Shown piece by piece: positions 25,698-28,982 of a DNA stretch of 28,982 nucleotides. Each line of letters starts with the position of its first letter. Position 1 is the stretch's first letter. This DNA is from a bacterium. Lineage in GTDB: Bacteria; Hinthialibacterota; Hinthialibacteria; Hinthialibacterales; Hinthialibacteraceae. The notes under the pieces were generated by a model. The model was not told the origin of the DNA. It did no database searches and saw nothing but the letters and a program-made list of their open reading frames with translations. Location of the stretch: positions 1-28,982 of the forward strand of contig CAXXSM010000102.1 of NCBI GenBank assembly GCA_963663405.2, written 5' to 3'. Position numbers and translations under genes: made by a program.

Positions 25698-25774
25698 CCC
25701 AGGATTGAAATCCTGGGCTATTTTCTTTTGTCCCGGAGGGACATTGGATACTAGCCCAACCTTTCAAGGCTGGG
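25698..25774. repeat. Triple-hairpin palindromic element
   Basis: CCCAGGATTGAAATCCTGGG(CTA), central GTCCCGGAGGGAC, and inverted (TAG)CCCAACCTTTCAAGGCTGGG. Confidence 0.7.
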
Positions 25775-25877
25775 CGAACATGGTTACGTTATCTTTCATG
25801 AGAAGAGAGGATTTAATACTTTTCGTACTCACTTGCCGGATGAACCTGAAATGTTTGGATTGTTCTTTTGGAGTTTA

Positions 25878-26264
25878 ATGACGATGCGTGATTTTATGAA
25901 ATATTGGTTTCCTGTTCTTGTTTGGATGGCGATTATATATTTTCTTTCTTCCCGTTCCCATTTTCCCATGGATTTGCCCCAATGGTTTTATTTTAAAGAT
26001 AAAGTGGTTCATATGTGTATCTTTGGTTTTTTGGCGTATCTGTTTCTCCGCGCGTGGCTGTGGGGGGAGTTGTCACGGATCACGCTCTTGACGGCCGTAA
26101 TCGCTGTTATCTTCACAGTTTTATATGGCGCATCCGATGAATTTCATCAGAGTTTCGTTCCCAATCGAGATCCTTCGCTGTGGGATCTGATCGCGGATAT
26201 GACGGGAGCGGTTCTTGTCTGCTTTTCAGTTTTTTATTTCCAAAAGGGCAAATTCGAAAAGTGA
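25878..26264 (+). CDS. VanZ-family membrane protein
   Basis: WMAIIYFLSS, DKVVH, YGASDEFHQSFVPNR, DLIAD. Confidence 0.9.
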   Translation: MTMRDFMKYWFPVLVWMAIIYFLSSRSHFPMDLPQWFYFKDKVVHMCIFGFLAYLFLRAWLWGELSRITLLTAVIAVIFTVLYGASDEFHQSFVPNRDPSLWDLIADMTGAVLVCFSVFYFQKGKFEK

Positions 26265-26456
26265 TTCCATCTCATTCCATCATCCATTCTTTCCATTATC
26301 CGTTTATCTGTCAATGCGGTTTTAAGGCAAGGAAGAAATGAATACATGCGATAAAATTCTCTTATTTTTCATCATCATAAACCTTGAATCCAATGAGAAA
26401 ATGTAATAAATTGAATAGTTTTATGATACTAATTCCATGTGATTCTATGAAAGAAA

Positions 26457-28406
26457 GTGCTTCTTATGGTCTTGAATATTATTCCATCCGATGTCACATC
26501 ACCTCAAACCTCGTTAGCCGAAGATCGTAAGAAAGCGATTCTAAGCAGCATTGATTCCAGTCAACAATTTTTTGTGCGCAGCCAGAAAAAAGCCGGTTAC
26601 TGGGAAGCGCCTTTGGAAGCCGATTCTACATTAGTTGCGGATTATATTTATCTGGCGCGTTATGTCAATTGTGTTTCCGATGTTCTTGAACGGAAAGCTG
26701 TGCGTTGGATTCTCGACACTCAACTGGAAGACGGGGGATGGAACATTTATTATGGAGGGCCCAGCGAAATCAACGCGACGGTGAAATGCGCGTTCGCCCT
26801 GCAGCTGGCTGGATTCGATCGTTCTCACGAAGCTCTTCAAAAAGCGGAACAGTGTATTCTCCGGCATGGTGGACTGTATGCTGTAAATAGCTATACCCGT
26901 TTTTATTTAGGGCTCTTTGGCGTCTATCCTTGGAACCGGTTGGTTTCCATGCCACCGGAATTGATGTTCTTGCCGACTTCGTTTTATTTCAATATTTATG
27001 AGATCTCTTCCTGGTCCCGGGCCATCCTTGTTCCAATGTGTGTGATCTGGGCCAATAAGCCGATCAAAAATCCACCTCCAACAGTCGATTGTAGTGGATG
27101 GTGGCTTCCTAAAAACAAGTGGAGAAATAAAACTCTTCTTGATACATTCTCGTGGAAAACATTTTTCCATACGATCGACGCGATTTTAAAGCGTTCGAAT
27201 CTCCTGTATGCGCCTTTTACGCGCCGCGAAGCGCTTCGCCGCGCGGAATCGTGGATGCTGGAACATATGAGCCGTGGCGGGGGGCTGGCCGCGATCTATC
27301 CTGCGATGATGAATGCGGTCATAGCGCTGGATTGTTTGGGTTACGACTCCAATCATCCTACGTTTAAAAACGCGTATGACGAATTTATGAGATTAATGGT
27401 GGAAAAAGAAGACCGGCTCTGGTTCCAGCCGTGTTTCTCGCCGGTTTGGGATACGGCGATGGTCACGGCGGCGTTAGGACGATCGGGAATGCCCTCCGAT
27501 CATCCTGTCGTATCCCGCGCGGCGGAATGGTTGATTAACCAGGAAATCAATATCCGGGGGGATTGGCAGATCAAAAATCCCTATGGGCCAATCGGAGGCT
27601 GGGCGTTTGAGTTCGAGAATGATTTCTACGCTGATACAGATGACTCCGCCATGGTGTTGATGGCTTTGCGCGGCGCGCAGATTCCCAACGATCAGAAACG
27701 GAAAGCGTCCATGAAGCGCGGGATTGAATGGCTGCTCTCCATGCAGAGTTCCGATGGTGGATGGGGGGCGTTTGATGTGGATAACAACAAAGAAATTTTC
27801 AACTTGATCCCCTTCGCCGATCATAACGCGCTGTTGGATCCAAGCACCGCCGATGTCACCGCGCGCATTCTTGAAATGCTCGGTGATTTTGGCTATGGAC
27901 CGGAATTCTCTCCCGTCGTGCGAGCGGTTGATTTTTTACGCAAGCAACAAGAGGGGGATGGTTCGTGGTATGGCCGCTGGGGAGTCAACTATATTTATGG
28001 CACATGGCAGGTAATCACCGGTCTTGCCGCTGTGGGGATTTCGCCGGAAGATCCTGCGATCAAACGCGGTGTCAAATGGTTAATGAAAGTTCAAAACCCG
28101 GATGGTGGCTGGGGAGAGACGTGTGTTACATACAAAGATCCAAGCCAAAAAGGAAAAGGCCCATCCACTCCATCGCAAACCGCATGGGCGCTGATGGGAC
28201 TCATGAACGGCGGCGCATGGGAAAGTGAAGCGGTGGAACGGGGCTTCTCTTATCTAATCAATACGCAATGTCCGGATGGATCATGGGACGAAAGTGAATT
28301 TACAGGCACCGGATTCCCCCGTGTGTTTTATCTCCGCTATACCTACTACCGAAATTACTTCCCGCTGATGGCTCTTGGGAAATACCGTTCTCTTCATGGA
28401 TTCTAA
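26457..28406 (+). CDS. shc: Squalene-hopene cyclase
   Basis: DTDDSA (DxDD), several QW repeats (QLEDGGW, QSSDGGW, QEGDGSWYGRWGVNY, QNPDGGWGE), SPVWDT, TGTGFPRVFYLRY. Start may be ATG 26466. Confidence 0.96.
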   Translation: MLLMVLNIIPSDVTSPQTSLAEDRKKAILSSIDSSQQFFVRSQKKAGYWEAPLEADSTLVADYIYLARYVNCVSDVLERKAVRWILDTQLEDGGWNIYYGGPSEINATVKCAFALQLAGFDRSHEALQKAEQCILRHGGLYAVNSYTRFYLGLFGVYPWNRLVSMPPELMFLPTSFYFNIYEISSWSRAILVPMCVIWANKPIKNPPPTVDCSGWWLPKNKWRNKTLLDTFSWKTFFHTIDAILKRSNLLYAPFTRREALRRAESWMLEHMSRGGGLAAIYPAMMNAVIALDCLGYDSNHPTFKNAYDEFMRLMVEKEDRLWFQPCFSPVWDTAMVTAALGRSGMPSDHPVVSRAAEWLINQEINIRGDWQIKNPYGPIGGWAFEFENDFYADTDDSAMVLMALRGAQIPNDQKRKASMKRGIEWLLSMQSSDGGWGAFDVDNNKEIFNLIPFADHNALLDPSTADVTARILEMLGDFGYGPEFSPVVRAVDFLRKQQEGDGSWYGRWGVNYIYGTWQVITGLAAVGISPEDPAIKRGVKWLMKVQNPDGGWGETCVTYKDPSQKGKGPSTPSQTAWALMGLMNGGAWESEAVERGFSYLINTQCPDGSWDESEFTGTGFPRVFYLRYTYYRNYFPLMALGKYRSLHGF

Positions 28407-28543
28407 GCAGAATCCGGACTCGCTTCGACAGTCCACTTACTTTTTTTAGATATCCTCATACACTTTTTACATTCATAGCATGGCGGTTAACAGACTTCTG
28501 TAACTGGTTCTGTTCATGGTAAAAAACAGTGGAGGAATCGTTT

Positions 28544-28982
28544 GTGAGATTTCCATTTGCGCTTTACACCACAATGATGAAATACTTGATGAAGCAGCGC
28601 TTGAAAGGAGCCAAACGGTACCCCTTAGTGTTGATGCTCGAACCCACGTTACGCTGCAATTTGGATTGCGTTGGATGTGGGCGAATCGAGGAACAGAAAG
28701 CGGATCCGGCGCCAGATTTGACCGTAGAGGAATGCCTGGAATCGGTTGATGAATGTGGGGCGCCGGTCGTTTCTGTCTGTGGGGGGGAACCTCTTGTTTA
28801 TAAACCTGTTGATATTCTGATCCAGGAATTGATCGCCCGGGAAAAATATATTTATCTTTGTACAAACGCGATGTTTTTAGACCGGTTTTGGGATCGCATC
28901 CCACCTCACAAACGACTTTGTCTCAGCATTCATCTGGATGGTTTGGAGAAGGGGCATGATTGGGCCGTCAACCGGCCGGGAA
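28544..28982 (+). CDS. hpnH: Adenosyl-hopene transferase HpnH (radical SAM), truncated by the window end
   Basis: Hand translation from GTG 28544 (RBS GGAGG): MRFPFALY...RYPLVLMLEPTLRCNLDCVGCGRI...ECGAPVVSVCGGEPL...YLCTNA...SIHLDG; follows shc. Not in the ORF track. Confidence 0.92.
   Translation, partial: MRFPFALYTTMMKYLMKQRLKGAKRYPLVLMLEPTLRCNLDCVGCGRIEEQKADPAPDLTVEECLESVDECGAPVVSVCGGEPLVYKPVDILIQELIAREKYIYLCTNAMFLDRFWDRIPPHKRLCLSIHLDGLEKGHDWAVNRPG

Noticed and set aside
28473-28904. ORFs 28473..28904 (-) and 28516..28749 (+)
   Set aside because: They overlap hpnH, which is in another frame and has clear radical SAM motifs.

Overview
Bacterial chromosomal window with about 22 protein genes. 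Housekeeping and metabolic genes: dipeptide epimerase, SSS symporter, Tat-exported sulfatase, ggt, HSL-family esterase, E2-lpdA-lipB, a VanZ-family gene, and the start of a hopanoid cluster (shc, plus an hpnH missing from the ORF track). Accessory features: (i) a Roco gene (LRR-Roc-COR) with 17 DNA-homogenised 69-bp LRR modules and a C12 tract in its putative promoter spacer; (ii) two tandem LRR genes whose N-terminus looks like an uncleavable type IV pilin helix (E5/G14/P22, FLNAQ), the first frameshifted at a T8 run; (iii) a 1,922-bp IS1-family element with an 8-bp target duplication that splits a metallophosphoesterase and carries an atypical HTH orfA meeting the DDE frame at A6G3; (iv) an isolated pduS-pduT-like microcompartment pair bracketed by inverted ~115-bp composite repeats; (v) several families of intergenic palindromic repeats, the main one with TTGTCTGAA...TTCAGACAA ends and 9-nt periodic arms; (vi) a toxin-first RelE/XRE toxin-antitoxin pair. 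No rRNA, tRNA or CRISPR array was seen. All calls come from reading motifs by eye; no database search was run.
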